Positions 25,901-39,494 of a stretch of DNA of 64,000 nt are shown piece by piece. This DNA comes from Phoronis australis. Taxonomy: Eukaryota > Animalia > Phoronida. Every line of letters begins with the position of its first letter. Position 1 is the first letter of the stretch. The position numbers and the translations under genes were made by a program. The notes below the pieces were generated by a model. That model saw nothing but the letters and a program-made list of their open reading frames with translations. It had not been told where the DNA came from and made no database searches. The DNA lies in NCBI GenBank assembly GCA_002633005.1, contig NMRA01000316.1, forward strand, positions 13,598-77,597. The letters run 5' to 3'.

Positions 25901-27060
25901 AAGCAGACCTCACGGTGATGTCAATACTTTTTTAAGGACAACATGGCTGGCATTCAGGAATCGTTCCTTAACTGATACACAGGAACTCAGGCCACGGAAA
26001 TAGACGGGAATAGTCGATGGCTTTCCGATCTCGGCCGAGGTACAAAATTGTGATAAAAAGGCTTTTAGCTTGATAACAGAAAGGATGTGAATATTATGCT
26101 GCGTTATATATTATTGAATTTGTTATTTTTTAAGCTTTGAACAAAAATGCCCTTTGAGATAAGGACTTTGATATGTTTGCCACACGTTCACCCTTACGCA
26201 TGAACATGTAATGTGTAATGCCTCATACCTGTATGTATGGTACAATATAATGTGACAGGTGTACACATTCACATACTCTGTGTAAAAACAGACACGCTGG
26301 GCACAAGTAGGGTTCCAAGTAGCATCCACACAAGCCAATTTTCAATGGCCTCATATATTTGTTTTTGTTCCTTTTCCGTAACCTACATGTATCATACCCG
26401 AAATTCACTGACTTATCTTAATTATTAATACAGCCACAACAACTTTTATGAGTCAGTGTATATTTTTCTTCGTTGTGAATTATACAGTGGTTAATGGATA
26501 ACACTATTTACTCGATGTTTTTTTATCATTTCTAGTAGATTTGAAAGGTTTAAATCTAATGATGGTGAGCTGATAACACATATTCTAGGAGAAAACAACA
26601 CCTAAAGCCAGTAAATTGGGAATTACGCAACAGATAATTGAAATTTTCCTTGAAATCCATTCACAATTAAGTTGATGAAATGACTTCTACGCAAAAATAA
26701 TTAACAATTATTACTTCTTTCGTGCCTAAGTAATGCTATTTAAGAAAACTACTATACCATTGATGCATGTTAAGGCGGAGAACCCCTACCGATAATGACT
26801 CGTGTACAATAGTCAATAGTGGGAACATACTTTGTCCATTTCGCTAATTATACTTTTCTAGCGACATAATAAGCAAAAATTTAATTTCATAGAGCTGAAA
26901 GGGCAGCGCAAAGTTGATTATTGCCGCATATTGTGACAATTGTTTTCTGGATAAATTTAGAACAGAGTGAAATTTCTTTTAACGATTAACCATGTCACTT
27001 TCAATTTGGTGAGAAATGCGTTCTACCGTTTTTGGAAACTGTGGTGTCTGAGCGGCCGCC

Positions 27061-27351
27061 ATGATTAAACGCGAGGGTGTAATTCTCTGGCTGCTACAAG
27101 TGCATTTTCAATCTAATTTCATTGCGAATCAAGAGATCACAAGCGGGAAATTTCTCACGAAGAAAACGTCAGCATCCTCGTGCTCTGGACACGTAACCGT
27201 CCCAGTTTCTTCTCTCATCGAATGCTGTCATCTCTGCACCGTGGATCCTGCCTGTGTGACATTCCTGTATGACAGTAAAAGGATTTGCTCAATTTGCAAT
27301 ACTGCGGAAAAAACAGCACAAACAAATGGCCCAAATGTTTTCGGGTGGCGG
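27061..27351 (+). CDS. PAN-FReD paralogue exon 1 (signal peptide + PAN/apple); gene probably truncated
   Basis: gccgccATG; open 97 codons; donor CGG|GTGAGT intact; ECSHLC has become ECCHLC. Confidence 0.7.
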
Positions 27352-30300
27352 GTGAGTTCGTCAAGGCGGTGACAACACATTTGTCGATTTGTCATTTTTA
27401 CACTACTGTTATTTGCGAAATGCATGTATCTGTCATGCATTCTGTTCTGCCATCCACTAAACGCATATTTTATCCAGTATGTGCATTTTAGATACTATGC
27501 TTCATGCAGTTCTCAAAACCATGTTAGGAATTGCTTTTAATTGTCCCACTTTTGCGTGAGGGTTATCAAAATGTGACTTTTGTGATTCTTATGAAAAATG
27601 TTCAAGTTGCATTAAACGAAAACGTAGTGATTATTTATAGAATTATAGAGCGTTTTTGATATCTAAACTAGAAAATTTATATCAAATTAAATTTGATCAT
27701 GTAATTGACACCATTGTTTGGCTATGAATGTACCTTTCTTTTTGCTGAACTTTATTAAAAATATATAGTCATGTGACCCAGTATATATTACAGATTTTTA
27801 AACAGTAAATAATCAACTTCTACAGGCTCCCTATTTTCAGAAAACTGTTCTTGTATAGTTTTCAAGATTTTTTGCTAAATGCACAGATTGATCAATAATG
27901 TCCTAAATAAGTTTAAGTCCGAACGTGCATTTATTTCTTCGACTTTGAATGTTTCACCACTAAGAGAAGTTCGCGGTAACGTGTCGAGTAATCAGACCTT
28001 TAGCGTAACGATAAGCCAGAGAAGAAAACTCAAGGTAACTTCGACGACCTTCAAGCTTCACCTCCAGATCTATGAAGCCCGCGCCGTATACTTTGGTATT
28101 GTTGGTACCAAAAAGTGTCTTGGCAGCTTTATTTAACCGGCCAAATAACGTTCTGCACATACTCAATGGCATGTTGGAATTTTCAGCGCCTTTAACCAAC
28201 AGCTACGTTAGTGTGTAGTCTTACTGAGGAGATTAACGTACCAGCCTGGCTTATTTTACGAGTTCTTAAAAACGGCTTGGTAGATTTCGCTGAAACTTTC
28301 AGAAAGTAATATTTATTCATCAATCTTAAGAACTCTGATAGTGTTGATGCCGTGCATCATCATCGTCATTGGTTCTTGTGCTTCACTTACATTTCACGTT
28401 GTTTATTTTCTTTATAGGCAGCAGTACATCTTTCTCTGCTGTGATTTGGTTTATTTGAGTAAGCGGTTCATTCCAGTGGTTACAATAGCAATTGCATAAA
28501 TGCCGTAGTAGCTCGACCGGCCGACTATTATTACGTATTAGCCTCTGTATGTTACGCGGGTTTTTAGCGAGTAGTGTTTCTCGAGTTAAGAAGCATTCGT
28601 TAATTGACAATATCTATAACGCGAATCATGTGTTTTCCTCGGATACTGGAATTTTTAGATAAAGCACTGACTGTCGGCCAAACTGTTGTAACTTCTGAGT
28701 ATTTTGGCACAGCATACTATGGTACTTGTGTGTATTTACTAGCTGAGTTTAGAGCCTACATAGTTGTTGTTTAACGGATAGTTTCATTCAGGTGCTGGTT
28801 AGTGTTTACAACCCGATTCCATTAACGTACATGTACATACTTGATACTACTATTTTCTGAATCCTCTAGCCATAGTGATTCCAAAAATGTATTAGTTGTA
28901 CTGATTGGTCGATTGTTTTTCACAATTTCTGAGTTTTTCCAAAGCGTTCATTTGTAACGCAGATTTACTGAGGCAGACATTGTTAAAAGTGCTACACCTG
29001 TCGGCAGGATTGATAACTAACGGTTAACCGCGAGATGTCAAGTGTTTTCGATGACGACATTTGTCCGCGAGAACACACACTCTCGTGTTTTTTCTAATGA
29101 AGTGTTAAAGAGGGATTCCTTTATAAATGACTATTACTGTTTTTTACTTACTCAGAGTTTCCCTAACGTGCCACGCGGGGTCTTTTTGACACACGCATGA
29201 TTGTTGTAGTAATCATTCCTGCCGAAAGGTGTCGCAGTTTTATAATGGCGGATCCTCGAGATCGGCTGCCGCAAATGAACACCTCGTAAAAACTGTGAAT
29301 GCATGAATAAAAAGAGCCTAATCAGTACGAGTAATACATTTTTGGAATCACCATGATCACCTTGACGAGAGGATTCAGAAAATATTAATATCAAGTATGA
29401 ACATTAATGGAGTCGGATTGTAAACAATAACCCAACTGCTTGTTTGGCGTATATGTTGCGCAGTACCCAGTTCATGGGATAAATAGTACGGGTCACAGCT
29501 AGCCGGTTGTTTGTGTACGGTAATGGTTCCCAGTTGTAGAATAGATGGTACGCGTTCCAATTAATTGTGTATTGTTAGTGAGGTAGTATTTGATAGGCCT
29601 GTAATATAGAGTCATTGTCGCGGATCTTTCTTACGCTCTGATGTATAGTATTTGTTAAATAATTACGCTTACTTGCCGAAAACTCAGATAACCGCTTGTT
29701 CGGTTTCACATTTCCAACGCTTCTTCAGTATCACTCTTTCAACGCTTGTTCGGACACGTTTTTCGTCGCCTGTAACTCTATTGCTTGCCAATGATGCACC
29801 AAATAAAGTGTGTTATAGAAACGGACTCTGTAGTTATGTTCTTCAATTCATCCCTGTAGCCATACGCGGCTATAGATAGGATTTTGGATATGAAGGCCCA
29901 GTGTTTGAGTAATGTAACAAAGACGAATGCTAATGCTGATGTTATACAAAAATACCTTACTTTTGGCGAGTTGATTTAGAAACCAAACAAAAAGACAAGT
30001 TTTGACCAGCGTTTTCGAGGTACATGTAACTGGCGAAGTGTTTATTTAAAATAGTTTAATGAAAATTGACCGACAGGTTATTTTGCTATGAATGTAGCTT
30101 TCTTAAAAATGAAATTTCGACTTAGAAAGGTGTTAGCGTAATGAAAATAACAGTGAATATGTATAAAACCTATTTTTACATTCCCTGATCTTTTCGATCT
30201 TTTTCTTAAAAAAATATATTTTACTAATTGACAAAGCCTAGTTTACATACCAGTTAGAATGGAAACCACTAAATGAGATAACCTTAATCTACACTGTACT

Positions 30301-30419
30301 GTGAGAACCAAATTCAAGATACACTTTAAGGTCCCTTTAGATTTCAAGTATATGGTCCACTGCTATGAAGCTTTGATTGCCTTGGTGTCGTATTCATCCT
30401 GACTTAATTGTTTTTGTAG

Positions 30420-30444
30420 GAATTTGAAGACTGCTCCGACCCAG
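30420..30444 (+). CDS. PAN-FReD paralogue micro-exon 2 (EFEDCSDP)
   Basis: Identical to 7863-7887 with both splice sites intact. Confidence 0.65.
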
Positions 30445-33400
30445 GTATGTGTGTTAACATTAGTGAGTTAAAGGAGGAAGAAAGGAAATGTTGACTCTTA
30501 CTTCCTTTAAACTTTCGAAGGGTTTATTTTCGGGAGAAGGGCTTAAAATGTTAATCTTACCAGAGTACAGAGGCGACACTGCTAAGGGTGTTGTGCTGTG
30601 AAACACAGAAAAGGTGTCGATCTAGTTGGGCAAAAAATTTTTAGCAAGAAACAAAAATTTGAACCGAGAGGTCCACTCAAATAACAGTGATTAAAAATAA
30701 TAATGTAACGAAAATGTTACACGTGTTTTTGTTTCCGCTTGGGAGAGTTAATGCCGCTTAATTCTTTTTTACGCACAGTAAAATTTATTTTAAGGAGTGT
30801 TGTGTTTAAAGAAACGAGGTATATTCCATGCTTTCCAACACCACACAAATTCTTGACCATTACATTGGAGCGTTTCAGTCTTCGTAGTGGTATACTTTTT
30901 CAGAACATCCTGTCTAAACAGATACGCCCTACATGTTCTCAAAACAGGATTGTCTGTGAGAAAATACGTTTTCGTGATGTCAGGGTGAATTTTAAGCAAA
31001 AAACTAAAATAAACTGACATCAGGATCGCTCTCTGTAGAGCAAGGCTATTTCTATTAAAGTAAGATCACGTTAGACCATGCATAATCACACGAGTGAAAA
31101 GCGAGTGGTTCGCGAGTAAGCTTGGGACCTCTCCTTACACATAATGCAACGATTTGTGGACGAGGCTGGAATGTTGAATTAGGGATTAAGCAGTAGAAAT
31201 AAAACAATATTTCCATTCCATGAGCGAAGATTCGTTGTGACGAGTGTTATCACACTTTCTCCCAGGGAAACGAAGAGTACCATTATCAGTGTGAAAGGAT
31301 ATTTACCTGTAATATAAAGATGGGCGATACTTGAATGGGTAATCATTTTGGAATTCGGACTGGTTCGAAAATAGATTTCAGATATTCAAATTGGTTGATT
31401 ATGTCAGATACGTAAGTTAAGTGTTGTGCATGTACAGGTATACTACACATAGGAGTTCAAGGTTTCGAGTTTAGCATGGACAGCGCGTGTGCAATCGGAT
31501 GGCGCATAACTAGGTAAACAATCCGATATTTACATTTCGGTTTATACCGACCGGACATTAAACTGCAGATTCCTGTTGAAATGGCGAGTGAATGGCTAAA
31601 GAGTAGTTGGTAATACAATTATTTCATCAGCACGTGGATACTGTGGAGTTGCTTGATTGTAAAATCTTTCACATTATTAGTTAGCTTTATCTCTAAAAAA
31701 ATCAGCTTGGCTGAGCTGCCAAAGGTAATTGGTGACGGTAAAAGTTTTCTATTGTAATGGTACTAAGCGTCAATTCATATAGTTGAAAAAATTGCCTTAA
31801 AGTTGTATCCAGTGCTAACTAATATTTTCAATAATAACCCTGGGGCGGACTTCGTAAAAACGTGGCGGACACTGTATATTACCGATTTTCACATACATCA
31901 TTGAAAATTAATGCGTTGCAAAAGTGATCGTAAGAGGTTATCAGGAGAAAAAAGGGATTGTGACAGTCTTGATTATGTCAGAAATTACATACTCGCAGCA
32001 ACTTGATAAAACTCTCGATGCACATGTATTTCGAATGATTTCCCGTTCATTTATGAAATGTATGTGGATCGGTTTGCTTATTTTACCTAATAAAATACTC
32101 CATGTGAAATTTGTGATCGTGTATTGGGTCTTGTGGGTCGTGCAACAACAAGCATGGTATAAACTGAAGCATTTGACGAAAGTTCAATATTTTTAAAGAC
32201 TCATGATCGCAAGGCGTCAAAAATATAACAAAATGAAGCAACAAGACGATATCCATAACAAATCTAGACATGCACACCGACACCCAAACACCGGGGTGCG
32301 GTTCGTTCTGGCGAGTAGAACGAAATGACACAAGATCACGCGAGCGAAAGGCGACTTTTTAGGACGTATATTTGAAACTGTACTGGAGTATACTAGCAAA
32401 ATGACTGTCGGAAGTGATTGGTCCGTGATGTTAGAATGTTGAATTATTGGATAGAATTCATATATTAAGGGATAGAATTCATCATTTTGTTTCTATAAAC
32501 GAAGGTTTCTAACTGCAAGTCCTCGACTAATGTTTTGAGAATTCGTAACAACCAACCGTGATTTCTAAGTGTTGGTCATTATCATTTCTAGTGGGCAAAA
32601 AAGACGATCATCAGCGACGTCAATGAACTTTTGTTTAGACCCGAATAGTTTTTCCAGAGTCCACTTTCTTTTGTAACAGAACAATCATAATGATGTTTTC
32701 CGATGTCTCTTGTTTACGGTAACCTACACTGCATGTAACATGATCACTAACTTTTACTTTCTGAAGAAACGAGATTATTTCTGAAAATTTATGGAAATTC
32801 CTACATCTATGTGTTGAACTATCCATAGTACATTTCAAAGCTACTTGAGAGATGTTTGTCCATTTTTATGTATCAGAAAACTTGTAAAATTTGGATAAAT
32901 ACTGGGAGTAGTTAATCGCATTTTCCGTTATTGCCACCGCATTCTGATTTTTACTGAAGAATATATATGTATCAAACGGCGCCAAAGGTCCAATTGATTG
33001 TAATATATATATATAGATGATCGGAGTGAGCATTCTAGGGCTAGAGTTCTGTGATTTATTTTAGCTAAAAGCTGCTGTTTAGCTCGTTACTAGTTTCTGC
33101 TTCTGACTTGGGTGTTCCCTGGACAAGTGTGGTGTGACACTGGACCTTTACTAAAATCAAAGAATCGCAGACATTTGGTTTCCTCTTGAGAATACTGTTG
33201 TAATCCAATGACCTAAAGCAGGAGTCCTCTGGCACAACCAACAGAAAGAATTGTCAATAGAGACGCAATGATAATTGGTATGAGCCTGGGTCAGTCACCT
33301 TCTCTATTGCGATGATGGTATGAACACTAGTATGAACTGACTGTGATCAGTGCAAGTCGTAGACTTACGTAGTACTTACTAGTAGTAGTACTGGTAGTAG

Positions 33401-36400
33401 TACAGTGAAGCCTGGGCCGGGGATGAGAGCCTAGCTGATACCAGTCGTTAGAGAAAAGAACCAATTTCTTCCTTATTTATGAAATAGGGAAACGCACTCA
33501 AGAAGTGGTGATTCCTTAATTGTAACGTCGCTTTTGTGTTTGGTCGAAGCATGATTCTTCGAAGTGCGCTGAAATACGAGTGGCTCCCAACCGCACCGCT
33601 TGTTCCACACTGACACGGACGTTTCACATTCTTGTAAGGTGCATACTACGATGCCATTTCAGTTCTTCTTTCATGCTCATATCAATTAAATTTTTACTCT
33701 GGTACTACTCTCTCGCTTGCAATAGCTGAATGTCCGCTTTCTTCGAAAAGTTCGGCTTCGCTAACGATGAGCCAGAAGAAGCGATCCGAAGCGCGATTGG
33801 TTACGCAATACCATTGTGATACACTTGTGCTGTGAAATCTTCCGTGCGGACACTGTTTGCTTCCTCATAACTCGAACATTCCAGCCTTGCCCGTTTTACT
33901 AGTCTATGTTAGTAAGGTATTTTTCTTTCTCGCAAAACATTAGCCTTTTCTTTACTTGATTTTCTCCACTGTTGCGTGATCTTGGATTGATCACGACCAA
34001 TATGTACGTGGTGGGTTCCATTAAAAATGAAATTAGAAAACTTCCGGTTATATGGAGCGGTCGTTCCGTCGTTTCAAGATTTGGTAAAGTAATGAGTCGA
34101 ATTGCTTGATTTTTTGGAGTGTTTGAGACTTGTAAAAATAAAATGCGTATTCTGTTCTCTGTCATGTCATTTAAAACATTCACAAGATAATTCAGACATG
34201 TTATGAGTTATTAACGCCAGAAACGTCTTCAGCTGATTTTCCCGTCATTTACACTTACACAGTCGCATCAGCTTATTTTTTGTTGCAATTAGTATTGATG
34301 TTTGTTTAAATTGAGTACCGTACAAATCAGTTCATAATCATAAGCACAAGTATTAACCAACAAAAATGAATTTGTAACAATGTTACACAATAAATATTTG
34401 TAATTCACACATAGTTTGTTCCAGGAGGAAGGCCAAAGGCTAAATGACATTGACATATCATTTGCAAAACTTGAGTGTCAAAAACTTGTGTGTCAAAAAC
34501 TTGCTGTCACTACTATCATAGGCCAAAAGTACATTGTAAGGCAACTTCTAAACATAGCTACGATTATGCAAAATTGGTTCGATAAATGACACTTGTTGAA
34601 CAATCTTTATTCCATTCCGTTCGTATCGTCAGAACATTGGTAAAGAAACTGACCAAGAGACGACAAACGATATTTCGAAAATACTTGTTTCCTCAAGTGG
34701 AAATAAAATGACTCGGTAATACCACCACAAAGTAAAAGCTAATCAAATATGCAATGGTACAGCTTCTGAACATCCTCTCAATGTTACAAATACATAGAAT
34801 ATCTATAAAGTAATATGGAACGAAGAGTTGTATCTGGAAAGTGATTTTGTGAAAGTGAACTTTTCCCCCAGGACTCTTCTATAAATAATATAAAAATAAT
34901 TGCAGGCGGTCTGATACACGTTGTACCAGACGTGCGCAGGCCTCGCATGTGGGCCCATCGCACTGATCACCTGGAAATATTTTTATGTTTTATTAATATA
35001 TGGCTTTTTAACAAAAAACTGAGCTAATTTTCAGTATCACATTGAGCGTGAATGGTTAATTGCCACAACAGTATCAGTGCCACTATTCAGTAGTGGAGAT
35101 AACCAGCGATTAAATTGAAAACGTCAAAATTTGGAAGGACCAGTTGGCACTGTAATTTTCTTTAGGGTTTTGTGACCCCAACAGATATTCAATGTTCGAA
35201 AGTAAACTTGTATAGTATATTTTTTATAAATTAAGTTTTTGCACTAATACACAGTGAAGGGAGTTCAGTTTTAAGTGTTATATTTTTGCCTGCAGAAGAA
35301 AAAAGTCATGAAATCAAACCACCAACTGAAACAAAATACCACAAAACTTGAAATAGAGAACATGAGAGGTAAAGACTCAGGTTATGAAAGGTGTTCTGTA
35401 AGCCTTATTTTTAGTGGTTACCAGATAGCACAGAACACACAAAATAGACATTTGTCATTTTTTTATTTTCCCAGTTCCAATGAGTAAGTATCAGGGGTCT
35501 GGAATTCCCCTGCATTACTTTACAATTGGTAAGTGAAAAATTACAACACGAATATGCAATGGGATTTTTTCAATAACAAACAGGAAAAAACATAACAACA
35601 TTACATTAAGTGTTGCATACATTTCTGAGAACGAATACAAAAACACCCTTTGCATACCATGAAAATTTATCCCCTTCTCAAGTGCTGCAGTACTTCGATT
35701 TTTAAAAATATTCATGAATGCCCCCATTTGTTGAAACGGATATCAATATAAAGAAGAAAGTTTAAATGTTTCGATGGCATACTTTTCATTTTCCACCTCT
35801 TTTCATCATGCTAATATATATGAGCTTCTGAAAATCATGAAAAATGGCAAAATTTCGCTCTTGCTGAATTTTGGATATATTGGTAAACCATGGCTTATGT
35901 ATTGTAAGCATAGTGACGAATGATAAACTGCATTTAGGTCGATCCAAAATTCATACAAAATCACAAAATTCAATGTAAGATACTTCACGTTTGTTTGCTC
36001 CGGGTGGCTCATGGTCACGTGTATATTCATGACTGAATGGACTGAATGTNTAATTTGCATATGACCTGACCCTCTTTTCAGTATAAGTGTTGTGCGCTGA
36101 CTCGATTTACTGACATTGTGGCAGTGCATATTTGGCGTCAGTGAGGAGAGCCAGGGAGCGGCAGTATTGAGGTATTTTTCATGGTGTTTTCGTATTTGGT
36201 ATTTCCGAATTTGCATTTTGTCTGTATCTATGAGGTTTGCTATGCATTTTGTTTTTTATTTTTAGAACTGAAACAGAGAAGAACTGTGAAAATGTCAATG
36301 AGAAATGTTTCACGTCTCTCAATAAAGCACTTTTAAAAGATGTAACTCCTCTTGACTTGCCAAGCACTCACAAGCATACTTTGTGGCTCTGCTACAATTA

Positions 36401-38214
36401 GCACTGCCATAATCGTATTTCTTAATTCCGCCACAGTATGCATACTTGGAAGTTAGTTTTGCTAAGTGTTTTTTCCAAATTAAGCCACAACAGTTGTTCA
36501 TCATTAAATGCCTCAGATTCCTCGACGCTGTGGACATTTCCGTCAACACAAAACGCACCCTTGCCATTCTTAAAAAATTGTATATATTTGCTATAATTGC
36601 TTCGAAGGACCGGCAGTAACCGTGGCTGGAATGTCGGCATCTTCGCGACTAAGTCTACAGCTAACTCCTGTTGAAATTCTCCATACTTCAAAATTCTTGT
36701 TTGCAGGTGCTGATAATTGCCGTCAATGGTTTTCATAATGAGAGACTAGAAATCCGAGTTGTCACACACGCCCACTGGCCTGGTGCTACCTTACATTTTC
36801 ACTGGCCACCTTGCTACAGTCGACTTGCGCAATAGCCGAATTAGTGTCCACATTTGTGGTCACGTGCCGGGTACAGACCCATGAGACAAGTTGCAGCAAC
36901 AAATTCAGTACGAATCCATAAACCCTTTTACACGCACAATTAAATGCGCAAAACTGCTCCTGTATTTCTTAAACCTTTAATTTAATGCTCAAGCTGTACA
37001 ACGAGTGCGTGCTGAAGCACAACTTTGATCTTGAACCAAAGATGGACTCCTTGCATCAGGACCTTAGTAAGCGGGGGGAGGGAGAGTGCCACCCCAAAAA
37101 AAATGCATGCCTCAGGGTTAAACCATGGCAACCGACAAAGGTGTGCGGCTGGGGAAAGACAAAAAAGAAAGACTTCGAATACTGATCAGAGAGAAAACTC
37201 AAGATAACTTTGACAACACGGTATCAGTGTATGGTTTACCATTTGAGGGCCCTGACCAGGACAATTGTTGTTAGGGTCTCCGTTTTTGCAGCATAGGTCG
37301 TCTAATCGCTAGTGAAAATGTGCACTTAATCATTCATGCATGTATTTCGAAAATTCAAGAAAATTTGTAAAGCAAAAATTTTGCGGAGCGTATTAAAGGA
37401 GCAAGCCACCCAAAAAACAACCTAATTTGTATCAATTTAGATCAAGTAGTTCTATTCCATAACGGCACGAACGGTTGCGTTACCTGATGTGTTGAAATTA
37501 TCCAATGACGTAATTGGTTTCACACTCAGTCTGTTCAGCAGTTCACAACACAGATTACTGGTGTCAGATTATCGCTTGAATGGGGCTATTCGGAGAATTC
37601 TCCTCGCGGTGTCGCTGCTGTACTAGTGGTGATTGAATTGCGCATGCGTGGCTGNGTCAGCTTATCGCTTGAATTCATCGTTTTACACCAATAAATCATC
37701 AAACTTCGATGTAAAACCCTTAAAAATACACAGAGTTCGTATAAAAACGTGTTGTTTTATTTCGCTGGTATTTGGACATGGCCGTAGCCTACAACGGCTC
37801 GGCATTCCAATAAGGTCCGTAGCAGGAGTTTGGGGTCTTTTCGGAGATAAATTCGAAGTATTTTCCGTGAGATACAGACAGGAGAACCTAGTCTGTGTTG
37901 TTTAGAATTGTGATTTTTTGAGTTCTAAACAGGCAAAACGCTCATTATCCTGGCCAGTGGCTCGGAGCCCGGTCAGGCCCGTCGCGGCCGGCCGGATTGA
38001 CTCGTTATCCCGACCAGTGGTTCGGAAACTGTTCAGACATCACGGACATAAACCAGCCAAAGTTGGAAACTAAACTTCTAGTCAGGAAAATACTACACTA
38101 GTGAGCCAAAGTAATGTGCACATGATTATGTTGGTGAATTAGCCACGAAACTGCAAATCTACTTTCTCGTCGGGGCCGCGAATTCAGACTCCGCTTTGTC
38201 CACAGCACCGTCAG

Positions 38215-38459
38215 CATGCTCACACCCAGCCTTCAATATAGGGGGGCTCGAATTTCTGACGTTGTGGACCTTTTGGTAACAAAAAAGCGGGTGAGCTAAA
38301 AAAACGGGGCACCACTATGAACTGCGCGATTGTGCTTATTTAGAGGACTTTAGTCTCATTTTCTCGGACTTTTTGTTTCCCAGAGGCGGACCTTTTTGTC
38401 CACTTCGCCACTTTGCCATAGTTCGTTCGAGCCCCCGAGCCCCCCTGGGTGCGCGCATG
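38215..38459. mobile_element. MITE, CATG-ended family, 5-bp TSD GTCAG
   Basis: gtcag|catgctcacacccag ... ctgggtgcgcgcatg|gtcag. Confidence 0.8.
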
Positions 38460-38816
38460 GTCAGGGCAGAAGCTGTACATTGACAATCATTATTTGAATA
38501 ATGTAAATATAAATAAAGATTCCCCTAACCCCTGGCCGTGGGATGGAAATCGAGTTGTTTCACAACAGTTTCTGCCATCTAACACTAAATTAGCATGAGC
38601 TCACACGGCCTCGGTGTCCCGTCAATTAGTTTTATTGCACTTAAAGCCGGTAATGCAGGGATTTATTCATTGCTGGCTTCTCAAATCATGTTTGCACCTC
38701 AGGAACACTCCAAAGGCATTAAAAATTGCATCTGATGAGACAGACTTTGTTTCAGTTTTATATAAGTATTGGTTAGGGTGAGAAAAATTCATTTTGAAAC
38801 AGAACGCTCAGTCAAC

Positions 38817-38985
38817 ATGGCAACTCGCAATGCCCCGCGACTTAGACGAGAGCTCATCAGTCCCGACGAAGACATCGCAGGTGGATCGTTAGGTTTCACA
38901 GGCTATCAGTTCGAACAGGAATACAGTGATGAAGAAATACTAAAGAGGCGCCGTGAACAAGCTCAGACAAGGGAACGTAGGGATA
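38817..38985 (+). pseudogene. N-terminal remnant of a KolX / P2X7-ballast-like (nanor-like) Kolobok accessory protein
   Basis: aacATGG start; GYQFEQEYSDEEIL resembles the PYxFEPE-acidic N-terminal motif of this family. The Cys-rich part is absent. Confidence 0.45.
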
Positions 38986-39074
38986 GTTATTTGGCAAGCT
39001 GGGATTCGTCAGGCACTCACGCGGCTGTCGACCACTGCAGGCCACAGACAAGGCCTCATACTTGCTATTTACAG

Positions 39075-39206
39075 CGTACTTTTCATTTTTCACTACTGCG
39101 ATCCACTTCCTAAACATTTCGGACTCTCGAGAAGTCGAAAAAACGATATTCCCGCTTTCCTCGCAGCTGCATAGCTCGCACAAGCGGGAACGATGCACCG
39201 CAACAT
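39075..39206 (-). pseudogene. THAP zinc-finger remnant (transposase N-terminus), frameshifted
   Basis: MLRCIVPACASYAAARKAGISFFRL then, after a frameshift, RESEMFRKWIAVVK; fits the THAP CxVxxC...SFFxFP...KW consensus. Confidence 0.65.
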
Positions 39207-39494
39207 AGCGGCATTCACTCTCATTTAGTGCAGATGAACCACTGACGTCGCTAGCGTCGTTTCTCACCTTCCTCACAGGTTAACGAGACACCTCTTGGCA
39301 AGATAAGGTCGACCATGTGCGAGGCGATGTGGATATAGACCAATTAAGAGTGAAGTACGGCTGACAGCAGGCAAAAATGCCCAGAGGGGTGATAAACCCA
39401 ATGTCACCGATTTGAACCATACTATGCATTTTAGTTACCTTTGGGATGATAAACAAAACAGTAAAGTCCAATCTCATTTTACCTTGTTTAAGTG

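Larger units (their letters stand above)
26426..34022 (+). repeat. Segmental direct duplication of ~3292-11520 (PAN-FReD 5' region to mid intron 2)
   Basis: Collinear high identity throughout, with paired ORFs 4479/27061, 6579/29152, 8180/30739 and 10075/32635. Homology ends after gtgggttccatt. Confidence 0.97.
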
